A stretch of DNA of 64,000 nucleotides from Leptospiraceae bacterium (GTDB taxonomy: Bacteria > Spirochaetota > Leptospiria > Leptospirales > Leptonemataceae). Position numbers and translations under genes: made by a program. How positions within the stretch are numbered: position 1 is the first letter of the stretch; each line of letters starts with the position of its first letter. Positions 30,981 through 41,812 of this stretch are shown piece after piece. The notes below the pieces were generated by a model. The model did not search any database. It saw nothing but the letters and a program-made list of their open reading frames with translations, and was not told the DNA's origin. The DNA lies in assembly GCA_040217195.1 (NCBI GenBank), contig JAVJNR010000003.1, positions 480,001-544,000 on the forward strand, given 5' to 3'.

Positions 30981-31589
30981 ATGAAATCTATTGGAACAAT
31001 CCTGCTGACTCTAATCCTGGCCCTTTTTGCCACGGCAAACTGTCAGAACTCCGATGACAGTGAAACGGACTGGGCCACAACCATTACAACCCTGGGAAAT
31101 TTTTCGGATAACGGGGATGGCACAGTTACCCAGGGAAACCTGATCTGGATGAAATGCGCCCAGGGGCAGGTCTGGGACTCTGGTGTCAATGCCTGTAGCG
31201 GCACAGGAGCCGGTACTACCTATGGGGCGGTGAGTCTGAACTATTGCGAAACCGCTACCCTGGATGCAGGCGGTACCTGTACCAATGCGGCCACTCTGGA
31301 GTCGGATTCTGGACCAGCTTTTACCTCCTGTGCAGATCTGAGCTTTGCAGGATTTACAGACTGGAGATTACCCACAAGGTATGAACTGGATCTTGTAGCA
31401 GAAGGTTTTGATCGTGAAACCTTCCTCTATGTTTTTCCTCAAACTCCGGACGATAAGTATTTCTGGTCCGGCAGCCAGGTGGAAGATGATACAGGAACAG
31501 CCTACACGGTTAGCTTCGCAAAAAACACTTTTGGAAATCTGCAAAGCAGTAGCAAGAGTTCTGTAAAATACGTACGCTGTGTGCGATGA
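30981..31589 (+). CDS. DUF1566 (Lcl C-terminal) domain lipoprotein
   Basis: FSDNGDGTV..LIWMKC, DWRLPT..EL, FWS, YVRCVR; lipobox TANC. Confidence 0.88.
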   Translation: MKSIGTILLTLILALFATANCQNSDDSETDWATTITTLGNFSDNGDGTVTQGNLIWMKCAQGQVWDSGVNACSGTGAGTTYGAVSLNYCETATLDAGGTCTNAATLESDSGPAFTSCADLSFAGFTDWRLPTRYELDLVAEGFDRETFLYVFPQTPDDKYFWSGSQVEDDTGTAYTVSFAKNTFGNLQSSSKSSVKYVRCVR

Positions 31590-31876
31590 GTCTACCCGAC
31601 AAACGGGCCGTTTCCCTGATTCTATTTCAATATCTGTCTCTACAGCTTTCCCAGTTGGAAGATCTGGATGAAGCCTCGGCTCGCACACTGATCTACAAAG
31701 GACTTTCCCTGATACCCGGGCTGAGCCTGGATACTGAGCAGCAGGATGCAGATACAATTCAACTGCGCTTCGACCAGGATCCCAAACAGCAAGAAATTCC
31801 CTTTTCCATGAGGGATGCCATTGACTCCCTGATGGTACTCTGGAGAGATTACAGCAGACTCCAAAACCGGTCTTAG
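31586..31876 (+). CDS. Hypothetical protein
   Basis: ATGA overlap with the upstream gene; 96 aa. Confidence 0.65.
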   Translation: MSLPDKRAVSLILFQYLSLQLSQLEDLDEASARTLIYKGLSLIPGLSLDTEQQDADTIQLRFDQDPKQQEIPFSMRDAIDSLMVLWRDYSRLQNRS

Positions 31877-31890
31877 TACGGGGGCCTCCG

Positions 31891-32700
31891 TTGAAGCTTG
31901 CATTAAAAAAGAAAACCCTGACCTATATTACGATTCTTGTTTCCATTCTGGTCACCGCAGGTATCTGGATCGGGATTTCCATAACCAGGGAACTTCCCTC
32001 GGCCACACCCGGCCCGGCCGCAGAAAGACTGACAGCAAAACTGGAAGGCTTCACTGGACTGAACGCCTGGCGAAATACCGATGCCATTTCTTTTGTTTTC
32101 AAGCCAGCCCATAGAAAGCATCTATTTGATCGAAACCGAAGGTTGATTCGGGTTGAGTTCCAGGCCCTTTCTAGTTCAGATTCTGCAGAAGAAGCACAAC
32201 AGCCAGTTACAGTGTTTATGCAACTTGATTCGCATAAAGGAATCGTCATTGAAAATGGTAAAGAACTGGAAGGGAGCGAAAAAAGCGCCTGGCTGCAAAA
32301 GGCCTACCAGGCCCATATCAACGATGTTTTCTGGCTCAATCCATTTTCTGCTCTGCGAGCCCCTGGCGCAGTGCGTCGGTTGACTCAAGATAAAGGCCTC
32401 TTAATTACCTATGAAACCGGCGGAGTCACTCCGGGAGATTCCTATCTTATCTATACGGATCCGGACGGAAAACCACAGCGATGGCTGCTGTGGACCCAGG
32501 CCATCCCTGCAAGAGGCATTGAATTCAGTTTTGAGGACTGGAAAGAGTTTGATAATGGACTGCGAATCAGTCAAAAAAGGGTAAGTTTCTTGCGCAATGT
32601 AGAGCTAGAAGACATTGAAATCTTTGAATCCTTTCCCGGGGGACAGGAAGATCCCTTTGCACCTCTACTGGAAAGAATTGCAAAGGAAGGCGCCCGGTAG
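31891..32700 (+). CDS. Hypothetical membrane-anchored protein
   Basis: N-terminal TM segment; NDVFWLNPF and GGVTPGDSY look like conserved motifs; operonic. Confidence 0.7.
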   Translation: MKLALKKKTLTYITILVSILVTAGIWIGISITRELPSATPGPAAERLTAKLEGFTGLNAWRNTDAISFVFKPAHRKHLFDRNRRLIRVEFQALSSSDSAEEAQQPVTVFMQLDSHKGIVIENGKELEGSEKSAWLQKAYQAHINDVFWLNPFSALRAPGAVRRLTQDKGLLITYETGGVTPGDSYLIYTDPDGKPQRWLLWTQAIPARGIEFSFEDWKEFDNGLRISQKRVSFLRNVELEDIEIFESFPGGQEDPFAPLLERIAKEGAR

Positions 32701-32714
32701 GTCGAGGATAAAGT

Positions 32715-33596
32715 ATGCTGGATATTCTGGTCTGGGTTATACTGTTTTCCATCTTTGCCGGCATTGTACTGGTGGTTCATTACTGGTATGAGCTGTTCAC
32801 AAACAAGGATCGATACGGGCGGGAAGAAATACTAAATATTCCTCAGATCCTTCAGGACCAGTTGCTCCATCTCACAGAAGGTAGAGACCGATTGCTGCAA
32901 TTCGCAGGCATTGGAGTGGGCATTGCATTGGGCTGGTGTCTGACCTGGGTTGGTGGTTTCTTCTCCCCTGATATGGGACCCGAACCGGATTGGGCCAGCG
33001 CTCAGATGCCCAACTACTTCTTTCAATCCGGATTGTTTGTTTTGATACTTCATCTGGCCTACCCTTCTTTTAAGGATCTGGCCCAGGACTCCGGTGGTTC
33101 TTCCGGGTTGCTCATGCGACTGTTGAACACTGAAATAAGTCTTTTCTTTGGTCTTACATGCACACTGGCAGCCATGAACCTGTCTGTCTGGGGAGTGCAT
33201 CATCAAACCAGCTTTTTGTATGCTTTAATCAATGCGGTAATTTGTCTGCTATACGCTGGCTACAGACTGGATCAAAAACAGGAGGCCCTGGAAGCGGAAG
33301 GACTGGAAAGCGAGTACGGGGATTACGAATCCGACGACGATTCCGATCTGGATGCAGACTTTGCAGATGACCTTCCTGGAGGACCAGAATTTCAATCAGA
33401 TCTTGCTTCAGATGACATGGACTCTGATACAATAGTTCCCCAATACCATGATGACTTGCCGGATGAATTCGAAGAACCAGAAGACTTAAGTTCGAAAAAA
33501 CGCCCCGGTGGGACATCCGGCAGCAAAGGACGGAAGCCAGGCGCAGAAGATAGAATTGCAGATCTTCAACTTCCAGACGATAACACGGACTTCTAA
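32715..33596 (+). CDS. Hypothetical membrane protein with acidic C-terminal tail
   Basis: About five TM segments followed by a D/E-rich tail; SD GAGG. Confidence 0.7.
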   Translation: MLDILVWVILFSIFAGIVLVVHYWYELFTNKDRYGREEILNIPQILQDQLLHLTEGRDRLLQFAGIGVGIALGWCLTWVGGFFSPDMGPEPDWASAQMPNYFFQSGLFVLILHLAYPSFKDLAQDSGGSSGLLMRLLNTEISLFFGLTCTLAAMNLSVWGVHHQTSFLYALINAVICLLYAGYRLDQKQEALEAEGLESEYGDYESDDDSDLDADFADDLPGGPEFQSDLASDDMDSDTIVPQYHDDLPDEFEEPEDLSSKKRPGGTSGSKGRKPGAEDRIADLQLPDDNTDF

Positions 33597-33941
33597 TCAC
33601 TCTTCCCGGGATTTCTCTTCCATGTCCATCATATACACTTCCGCCATGATCTGGCACAAGCAAAGACCTGCGGTACAGAGCCGGGAGCGCATCAGCCAGA
33701 AACGTAACGTAGCCCAACCTGGCCGAATATGAATACGATTAGGACTGATTTGCGATTCAGGCTGTTTTGCGGCTCCGCCGATGCGAATGGATCATCAAAT
33801 TCGCACGGCCACAGTTGATACCAGATTGGCTGCGCCAGTGCAGATGTCAGACTGTCTACGAAAATGATTGAATCCGATCTGCAAGATCATGGAGGAGCCT
33901 TAAAGGAAAAGATCCTTTTCCAGGTAACAAATATCCAACTA

Positions 33942-36900
33942 TCAGTATTTGCGATGCAGCGTTAGACTGCGATACGATGATACGAATCCACCGTTTTCCA
34001 TGTCCTGTCTGTAGATTGAATCCATTGCATTTTGCTCATTTATAGTTTCTACTTCGACTCTTCCGGGAGGATTTCGCTGGCGCCCCAGAAATTCGGAAAA
34101 GACGCACAGGTATTTTGGAATATCAGGATGGCCAGAAGCCACATGGATTTTAAGGTCCTTGCCTTTTCGCCTGGATTCCAGTACGAGGGAGGATCCATGA
34201 AAGACCAGATGATTGCCAGCAACCCGTCTGGATAAAGCAAGACCTGCCAGACTCATCCCGCACAGAGATGCAGGATCCATCGCATTCATCCAGTAAATGG
34301 CCTCCTGCGGAAGTCCTTCTGCCAGACTACGAAAGGCCCCCGGACTCATGAACTGTAAAGATTGAATCCCCTGAAAAAAATGGCCTCCCAGAACTTCACC
34401 GGACAATTCCATTCGCCGCAAGGTAGTTACAATTTCTTTCCATTGCAGTGGAGGCAATTCCCGGAGCAATAGCTCGCGAAATAGAATACCGTACCTTCCC
34501 AGAAGAATGTGGATTTTCTCTTTGTTCCTTTCTTCCTGCTCCAGACGCAGGGAAACACCGGACTCTGCAGGTTGCCCGGTAATGGCCCTCCAGTTACCTG
34601 CCGAAGTCAGACCTCCGCTCCAACGGGCTCTGGATACGCGCTGGCTTCCGGAGGAAAGAGCCGGTGCCTGGAATCTGTGATCAATACCTTTTCGCAGGCT
34701 GCTCATGGAATCGTTTGTGACCAGTCCTTTCCAGGTCAATTCCCATAGCTCTTTCGTGAGATCCTGAGCGCTCTTTCCTGTTTCCTTTTGCAAATCAAAA
34801 AATGAGAACCGTCCCTTTTCATGGGGGAATAGAGACTTTAATGCATCATCCCTGTCTGGTTGATTCATGTGCGAATCCTTCAGGATTTCAAGATCTCGCT
34901 CCATTTGAAAGGTTATTATTTCCCCTGGCCAGCCCATCCAGAAAAGTCCGAACTCTGCCAGAGAGTCCAGCCAGGCAGTATGATACGGATTAAAGCGAGC
35001 GGGTAGGATTTCCGTTTCCCAGAGATTTGCTTTCAGAGGGAATCCTATTAGTTGCTCCATTCTTGACTGTAGATCTTCCAGTTCATGGCCCCGTCTGGTA
35101 AGGCCTTGAAAGTCCGCCAGAAATAGCTGCAACTCCTTGATGGGCAGAGGCTGAAAGTCCGGTCGAAAGTGCTGCCTGGTCATTCGCAGCAATATCTCCA
35201 GAGTTTCTGAATCGCAAAGTTCCAGAGCTGAACCGGATTCCTGATGGTCTTCTTGCTTACGAATCTGCCCTTCTATGAGCTTGCCATCCTCAAGCATCCT
35301 TTCCAGAACGCCTGGTAATCTATTGGAGGGGAATATCTGCTGCAGTTCAGCGCGAAGGATTGGCCCTCGGAATGGCAGGAAGGACTGCAGAAGGCTTAGT
35401 AGTATATCGTCCGGGTCTGGAATGTCATCCGCGGCCAGACCCTTTAGAGCTTCCTTCTTAAGGCGAATTAGAGCATTTTCGCTGGCGGCTGAGAGTGGAT
35501 TTCCGTCTGAAGTTTGTGGGTTTAGATCAAGTTCAGTAGCCGGACTGAGCAACGGTAGAACCTCCAGAGCACAAATCCAGCGTTGCGATTGCTGGATCTC
35601 GACGCTGACCACAGATTCATTTAATCGATTGAGAGCTTTTTCTTGGTCGGATTTCTGCAGAAATCCCAGATAAAATTCATATTCATCCGGGCGAATCAGA
35701 ATACGATCTCGAATTAATTCCAGCAAATCCTCTATGTTTTCCGGCTCATATCCAGGAGAGGTACGCTGCATTCTGCTACAGTATCTCTGTATGACTGCTT
35801 CTGGAATGGACGGTCGCAGACCAGAACTTCGAGCCAGGTCTTTGAAGAAATCCTCGGCCGGCCCTTTTCCTTTTAATTCCGGCCGATCATCCTGATACAT
35901 AAATGTATTTGTCTGCTGCCAGATTAGATTTCGCGCAAACGGGGATGGACTGCGAGTGAATACTTCCTTCACCTTGATTTGCCCGGATTCAACCTCCGCC
36001 AATCTATGGTTCAGAGTGATCAAATCAAAGGAATCTGCCAGCGATGATCTCCAGGTCTCCAGAGTGATTGGAAAATCTGGATAGGAGGCAGTTGCTTCGA
36101 GTAGCTTTTTGGACCTCAAGCGATTGAGCCACAATGGAGTTCGATTTCTTACCTTTCCAGGCAGGAGCATGGCTGTGCCGGCGCTCTGACGAAACAATGC
36201 ACCAAAAAAACCGGTGGAAGAAAGCACAATTCTAAGAAGCGATTCCAGATTGTCCGATCGAACGTAATCAAATACATGGCGGTCAAAATCATGGGGAAGC
36301 AAAACCATAACACAATCATCATCGCTCATGGTTTGAATTGTTAGATTCAGCTCTTTCAAGAATGCTCCTCGAATGGCCAGAGCAAAGGGACGGTTCACCT
36401 GGCCGCCCCAGAGAGTGTGCAAAATCACCATCTTACGATCTGTTCGATTCATGGGGTCTTCGTAATGTTCAATCAGCAATTGATGGCGATGGGGTAGCAC
36501 TCCGGTCCGTTCTTTCTGAAGAATAAGAAATTGCTGAAGGTAGCTGGCAGCACCGGACGTTAGAAGGTAATCCTTCTGCAAATCCGCGCAGAACCCCTCC
36601 TCTTTGATTTGATCTTCCCTGGACTCCAGAAATCTGGCCAGTTTCTCAGATACGAATGCATCCCTGTCCTGGGCATCCGCTCTCCAGAACGGTGCCATGG
36701 AGGCTGCATCCGAGGGAGCCGGCCTGACCAGTACATCGTTATGATTGATTTCCATGATTCTCCAGGATTGATTTCCCAGAGTAAAGGTATCTCCAATGGT
36801 GCGCTCCCAGACAAACTCTTCGTCCAGCTCTCCAATTCTGGATTTAGTATCCAGATGCCTGAGTCCGTAATAGCCCCGATCTGGAATGGTTCCTCCATTC

Positions 36901-38429
36901 ATGTAGATTAGAAAGGGGACCCCTTTAGCAGCCTTCAAAGTATTTTGGATTGGATCTTTATGGATTCTGGGGCGAAGTTCACGAATGCGAGAAGTGGCAA
37001 ACCTGCCAGAAAGCATCTCCAGTACTGATTGATATTGATTTTCTGGAAGATCATGGTAGCTATAGGTGCTTCGCAAAAAGTCGAGCAGTTCATTCGAGTT
37101 CCATTCTTCAGAACATAACATAGAAAGAATGATCTGAGAAAGAATATCCAGGGCCCCCTGAATGGGATGAATCTCCTCGATTTCGCGGTTTTCTACAGAG
37201 GTAGCGAGAATTGCGGACTGAAGCAAATCCCTGCCATGAAGAGGTAAGAACAATCCCCGGCTTATGGCCCCCACTGAATGCCCGGCACGACCCAGACGCT
37301 GTAATGTAGTGGAAAGAAAACCAGGACTTTGAATCAGTACTACCTGGTCCAGGTCTCCAATATCTATTCCCAGCTCCAGTGAGGCAGTGGCCACAACGGC
37401 AGGCAATCTACCATCCTTCAGATCCTGCTCCACCACCGAGCGAATCTCCCTGGACAGAGCCCCATGATGGCAGTAGGCAAGAATTCTCTCTTCGCCTTCG
37501 TTAATTAGCATGCTGATTTTTTCAGCCATGCGACGACTATTCGTAAAAATCAGAGTGCTTTGATTGGATTTGATAACCTGCTTTAATCTCTGTACTATGG
37601 AGCCGAACAAAATGTCTTCCGGCCAATCGCTTTGAGCTCCAGGATCCGTTCCGCTATCTTCAGAAAATACAGGAAAGTCTACTTCCAGTTCATAACCCTT
37701 CCGGGCAGAAGACTCAATAAGTTCCACTCTGCGAGGAACGTACTGCCCGGCTCCGGTTCTGGAATATCCGCCAACGAAGGCTGCAATCCGCTCCATGGGT
37801 CTCACTGTGGCAGACAATGCAATCCTCTGAAATCCCGGGCAAAGAAGCTCCAATCGCTCCACGCCAGTCATCAGATGAACACCTCGTTTGGAGGAAGCCA
37901 CGGAATGAATTTCATCTAGAATGACTGTAGTGAGCCCTTCGAAGATCCGGCGACCGCTGTTCGAAGTTAATAAAATGTTCAGGCTTTCCGGAGTAGTGAT
38001 CAGAATCTCCGGTGGATGACGCATCATTTTTCGCCGCTCAAAGTCAGGTGTATCCCCGCTGCGAACAGCCACATGAATAGCCGGAAACATTTCTTTCGCC
38101 TCTGCGAATCTGTTCTGCAATTCGTCTAGAGGTCCAAGCAGATTTCGCCTGATATCGTTATTTAACGCCTTCAAAGGAGAGATGTAAAGTACACGCAGTC
38201 CGCCGGTGGAAGTTTGACCGGATACCAGGGAGTTGATGGCACTCAAAAATGCGGTAAGTGTTTTTCCGCTACCTGTGGGAGCAGAAATCAGAACATTTTC
38301 TCCGGCCATTATTCGAGGCCAGCTCAAATGCTGAATCTCTGTAGGCATTCCGTATCGATCCAGAAACCAGCTGGAGATCAATGGATGAAAGGGAAGTTCG
38401 AAAGTCTTCGATTCTGCCGACCGGGTCAC
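33942..38429 (-). CDS. lhr: Long Lhr-family SF2 helicase with C-terminal winged-helix domain
   Basis: APTGSGKT, DEIH, SAT, HHGALS, LELGIDIG, QRLGRAGH, GGTIPDRG, GELDEEFV; CTD LLGRYGILFRE; 1495 aa. Confidence 0.92.
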   Translation of the reverse strand: MTRSAESKTFELPFHPLISSWFLDRYGMPTEIQHLSWPRIMAGENVLISAPTGSGKTLTAFLSAINSLVSGQTSTGGLRVLYISPLKALNNDIRRNLLGPLDELQNRFAEAKEMFPAIHVAVRSGDTPDFERRKMMRHPPEILITTPESLNILLTSNSGRRIFEGLTTVILDEIHSVASSKRGVHLMTGVERLELLCPGFQRIALSATVRPMERIAAFVGGYSRTGAGQYVPRRVELIESSARKGYELEVDFPVFSEDSGTDPGAQSDWPEDILFGSIVQRLKQVIKSNQSTLIFTNSRRMAEKISMLINEGEERILAYCHHGALSREIRSVVEQDLKDGRLPAVVATASLELGIDIGDLDQVVLIQSPGFLSTTLQRLGRAGHSVGAISRGLFLPLHGRDLLQSAILATSVENREIEEIHPIQGALDILSQIILSMLCSEEWNSNELLDFLRSTYSYHDLPENQYQSVLEMLSGRFATSRIRELRPRIHKDPIQNTLKAAKGVPFLIYMNGGTIPDRGYYGLRHLDTKSRIGELDEEFVWERTIGDTFTLGNQSWRIMEINHNDVLVRPAPSDAASMAPFWRADAQDRDAFVSEKLARFLESREDQIKEEGFCADLQKDYLLTSGAASYLQQFLILQKERTGVLPHRHQLLIEHYEDPMNRTDRKMVILHTLWGGQVNRPFALAIRGAFLKELNLTIQTMSDDDCVMVLLPHDFDRHVFDYVRSDNLESLLRIVLSSTGFFGALFRQSAGTAMLLPGKVRNRTPLWLNRLRSKKLLEATASYPDFPITLETWRSSLADSFDLITLNHRLAEVESGQIKVKEVFTRSPSPFARNLIWQQTNTFMYQDDRPELKGKGPAEDFFKDLARSSGLRPSIPEAVIQRYCSRMQRTSPGYEPENIEDLLELIRDRILIRPDEYEFYLGFLQKSDQEKALNRLNESVVSVEIQQSQRWICALEVLPLLSPATELDLNPQTSDGNPLSAASENALIRLKKEALKGLAADDIPDPDDILLSLLQSFLPFRGPILRAELQQIFPSNRLPGVLERMLEDGKLIEGQIRKQEDHQESGSALELCDSETLEILLRMTRQHFRPDFQPLPIKELQLFLADFQGLTRRGHELEDLQSRMEQLIGFPLKANLWETEILPARFNPYHTAWLDSLAEFGLFWMGWPGEIITFQMERDLEILKDSHMNQPDRDDALKSLFPHEKGRFSFFDLQKETGKSAQDLTKELWELTWKGLVTNDSMSSLRKGIDHRFQAPALSSGSQRVSRARWSGGLTSAGNWRAITGQPAESGVSLRLEQEERNKEKIHILLGRYGILFRELLLRELPPLQWKEIVTTLRRMELSGEVLGGHFFQGIQSLQFMSPGAFRSLAEGLPQEAIYWMNAMDPASLCGMSLAGLALSRRVAGNHLVFHGSSLVLESRRKGKDLKIHVASGHPDIPKYLCVFSEFLGRQRNPPGRVEVETINEQNAMDSIYRQDMENGGFVSSYRSLTLHRKY

Positions 38430-38706
38430 AACCTAAACAGATGTTTCCCTCTTCAGAATTGTCCAATCATTTTTGCTATCCTCGTAATGAATCTTCGTTT
38501 TGGGAATCGCGGATTACTACCTGATGGCGCCGGATGCATTCTTAAGGCTGGATCTTTTTAGTCCATAAACTCTGACCATCGAACCTATCCCCTCTATTCA
38601 ATAGCCCTTCCTCCAGGTGCAGCTTATAAGCTGCACCGACAAATCAACCCAACTATGCTAGGGTCAGGTCATATCAATCACTCCAATTGGAGTGCAGGAG
38701 CAGACT

Positions 38707-39837
38707 ATGCTACGAAACGAAATTCACCAAAAGATACGGACTGCACTGTGCGGATTAATGTTAACCGCGCTCACGGCTCAATGCCTCTTGCTGCCCGGTC
38801 AGGAAGAAGATAATAACGATATGCTTCTTCTGGCCGCTCTGGCCATCAATCCGAACGCAGGCACCTACTATGCTGGCTGGGAATACGATGGAACCGGTCG
38901 GCGAGCCATATACTTCAAAGATGGAGTGAAAACCACTCTACCGAACCTGAATGCCAGCGGAGAGTCAGAAGCTACCTCGATTCTGGTCACTGGCGGAGAG
39001 ATCATAGTTACCGGCTATTCCTCGGACTCTTCCGGTTACCAGACCCCCGGGTACTGGAGAAACGGAACATGGAATTCGCTGCCCAGACTGGACACCACCG
39101 AAGACGGTTTGGCCACAGATGCAATCTTTGTAGGGGCGGATCTCTACATTGTGGGCTATACAGCGGACGGCTCAGGCACCGACGTCCCGGGGTACTGGAA
39201 GAACAATCAATGGACTGCACTCAGTGTACCGGATGCAGCCAGATCATCTCAAGCAGCATCCATCGCTGTGGATGGTGGAAATATCTACATTGGTGGTTCC
39301 TGCGTAGATGGATCTCTTGTTCTTCCCTGCGTTTGGACCAACGGAACCCGGCAGGAATTATCCAGAATCGACAACAGCAAGAATGGATTTGTGGCCGATC
39401 TGGAAGCGGTGAATGGAGTCGTATATGCTGTAGGCAATAGCTACAACGCATCCAGCATTCCCGTGCCGGTATTCTGGAGAGACGGGGTAAGAACTCCACT
39501 GTCCGTTATCGATTCAGGCCGCCCGGCTCAGGCGAATGCTCTCGAGATTGTAGGCACAACACTGTACATCAGTGGATTCAGCCAGACATCCGCAGGAATT
39601 GACCACGCGGCCTACTGGGTGGATGGAAACCGGGTGGATCTGAATCCAGTGGATGCCGGTGAACATTCCAAGAGCTTCGATATTGCTCTTTCCGGAAGTA
39701 GCTTACTCGTAGGCGGGTTTTCGGACAACGCAGGAGGAACATCGGACCCCACGGTATGGCAGAACAACACCGGCACAGCCCTCATAAAAAATGCCACCGG
39801 CGATGGTCATATTCGGGACATAGATGTAATCAACTAG
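38707..39837 (+). CDS. Repeat (beta-propeller-like) lipoprotein
   Basis: LTAQC lipobox; about six ~47-aa repeats of Y(I/A)(V/G)G...(Y/F/V)W.(N/D)G...L. Confidence 0.75.
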   Translation: MLRNEIHQKIRTALCGLMLTALTAQCLLLPGQEEDNNDMLLLAALAINPNAGTYYAGWEYDGTGRRAIYFKDGVKTTLPNLNASGESEATSILVTGGEIIVTGYSSDSSGYQTPGYWRNGTWNSLPRLDTTEDGLATDAIFVGADLYIVGYTADGSGTDVPGYWKNNQWTALSVPDAARSSQAASIAVDGGNIYIGGSCVDGSLVLPCVWTNGTRQELSRIDNSKNGFVADLEAVNGVVYAVGNSYNASSIPVPVFWRDGVRTPLSVIDSGRPAQANALEIVGTTLYISGFSQTSAGIDHAAYWVDGNRVDLNPVDAGEHSKSFDIALSGSSLLVGGFSDNAGGTSDPTVWQNNTGTALIKNATGDGHIRDIDVIN

Positions 39838-39847
39838 GAATCTGTAC

Positions 39848-39888
39848 CAGGCTGCCGCAATATATCCATCTACATTTGCGGTAGCCTG
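39848..39888. terminator. Hairpin between convergent genes
   Basis: caggctgccgcaa...ttgcggtagcctg inverted repeat. Confidence 0.5.
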
Positions 39889-39897
39889 CTACCGAAC

Positions 39898-41637
39898 TTA
39901 TGCCTGGCCTGATTTTACTAGCCTGACCTTCTTACATTCATTACGATACTGCCCCGGAGTCATTCCGGTGAGGTTCAGAAAACTTCGATTAAAGGCAGTC
40001 TTGGAACCGAATCCCACCGCAAGGCCAATGTCCAGAATGGAGTCTTCGCATTCCGGATCGCCCAGTTTTTTCATGGCAGCATCAATTCGAAATTTTCGTA
40101 TGAATTCGGTAAATGAAGTGTTGAGCACTTGATTCAAAAGCTCGGATAATTGATGAGGACGAAGATCTACATGCCTTGCCAGAGCTTCCAACCTCAAATC
40201 CTCCACTTCGTAAAGATGATCCTCTTTCATTGCCTGGAGCAACATAGCCTTTCGCGCCTCCACATCCACACCGGTGAGCTGGGATCGCACGGGGCCTTCG
40301 GATCGACTGCTATTTTCTGAGTTGTCAATTTTGCTGATATCTAATTGTTCTTCAGCACCCGAAGGAGTATCCTCTATACCGGATGATTGCACATCTCTTT
40401 TCTCGCGGCGGAGCATAGAGCGATGTGCTTCTTCCAGTTGCTCCAGAAGCAATCGGTTTCGCTCCTGCATCCGAAGGCGCTGCCTTTTTTCCAGCTGTAA
40501 TCGGCTGTAGCTGCCCAGAGCAAATGCAAGAAATGCAAATGGAGCTGCACCGATGGGTGCATGAGCCATCCAACTGCGATAGTCTATCAAGCCACGAAAG
40601 ACCATCATATTGAAAAAGAAGGCCACCAGGAATATCAGCCAACCTGCGAAATAGTATCTGGTGGGAATGTCTCCTTCTCTTAACCGTATCCATGCAACAG
40701 GAACGGTAATCGCTACTCCAACGAATGGACCGGCAATCAGAACAAAGTAAAAAAAAGGATCCAGAGCAGGAATGAGAGCACTTAATGCTGCAAGTCCCTG
40801 AAATGAGATCGCCGTGAGAATGATTCGATCCAGCCAGGTCCATTGCCATGTCTTGAGTAATGGTCGCGTAAATAGACTGCTGGTCATGGCTCCGAGCATA
40901 GAAAATAGATTGAAGGCAGCTCTTTGGATGTCCGGGGAGCCAGGCCAGAAGTACAGATACCCATCGCCGTAGATAATAAACAGTGTAACAGAAACGGTCA
41001 TCAGCATCAAAGAAAACAACAGGTAAAGCTGTCTTGGTGAGTACCAGAACACCGCCAGAAAGAAGATGGAGGATATCCATGCAGATGCCATCAGAGAAAA
41101 CTGCACTATCTGCCGTTGCTGAATATGCGATAGAAGCTGTGGAAAACTAATAACCTGAATGGGAAAGTTGATCACCTTTCTGGATCTCAATCGAAAGTAG
41201 GATACGTCTGTAGAATCATCCAGACGGAACGCAGGATACCGAATCTTCATTGGCCAGCGATGCACCGGTACATCCAGGCCAGCCTTCTTCTTTTCTTCGC
41301 CTGAGCAGTGCAGCACTTCACCAATCATTGCCTGACGAAATACAATAAATTGCGCTGCATTTGATTGTCTCCGGGCTCGAATCCAGATAGAAGAATGGGT
41401 AAAGCCCAGGTTCAGCACCGAGCCCACCGGCTTCCAGTCCTTACGATCCTTCATTGTGAGGCAACTTTCCCTGCGAGAGGCATCCTCAACGAAGCTCAGG
41501 TTTTCATATCCACTGAGCTGATCCAGAGAAAAGGAGCAATTGACGAGCAAACATAGTAATGGCAGCGCCAGAAGCCATGTAGATTTCCAGGGATGGGCTA
41601 GTGGAAGGGGGCTTGCTATTTTGCGGACCCGAATCAA
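39898..41637 (-). CDS. 7TM-DISM sensor domain-AraC family regulator
   Basis: NLGFTHSSIW extracellular DISM-like domain, seven TMs, C-terminal AraC HTH (HQLSELLN...VGFGSKTAFNRSF...GMTP). Confidence 0.85.
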   Translation of the reverse strand: MIRVRKIASPLPLAHPWKSTWLLALPLLCLLVNCSFSLDQLSGYENLSFVEDASRRESCLTMKDRKDWKPVGSVLNLGFTHSSIWIRARRQSNAAQFIVFRQAMIGEVLHCSGEEKKKAGLDVPVHRWPMKIRYPAFRLDDSTDVSYFRLRSRKVINFPIQVISFPQLLSHIQQRQIVQFSLMASAWISSIFFLAVFWYSPRQLYLLFSLMLMTVSVTLFIIYGDGYLYFWPGSPDIQRAAFNLFSMLGAMTSSLFTRPLLKTWQWTWLDRIILTAISFQGLAALSALIPALDPFFYFVLIAGPFVGVAITVPVAWIRLREGDIPTRYYFAGWLIFLVAFFFNMMVFRGLIDYRSWMAHAPIGAAPFAFLAFALGSYSRLQLEKRQRLRMQERNRLLLEQLEEAHRSMLRREKRDVQSSGIEDTPSGAEEQLDISKIDNSENSSRSEGPVRSQLTGVDVEARKAMLLQAMKEDHLYEVEDLRLEALARHVDLRPHQLSELLNQVLNTSFTEFIRKFRIDAAMKKLGDPECEDSILDIGLAVGFGSKTAFNRSFLNLTGMTPGQYRNECKKVRLVKSGQA

Positions 41638-41812
41638 AGCCCGACCAGGATGGAACTCATACGAGACACTTCAAGGAATTTAGCACTCTGAGACAGACTA
41701 CCCCGGGAATTAAGGCCAGAACTGGGCGGTATGCACGGATTGCAATAACTCGGTCTCTTCCGGACGGATAATAATCCTTGGAGAAAAATAAGAAATATCC
41801 GATAGTGGAACT

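Noticed and set aside
33942..38429. Lhr as part of an anti-phage defence system
   Set aside because: No adjacent nuclease, methylase or other defence-type genes; it matches the housekeeping repair Lhr architecture.
40352..41080. 242-aa alternative-frame ORF inside the 7TM-AraC gene, and similar nested or antisense ORFs elsewhere
   Set aside because: These are shadow frames of well-supported genes with no domain features.
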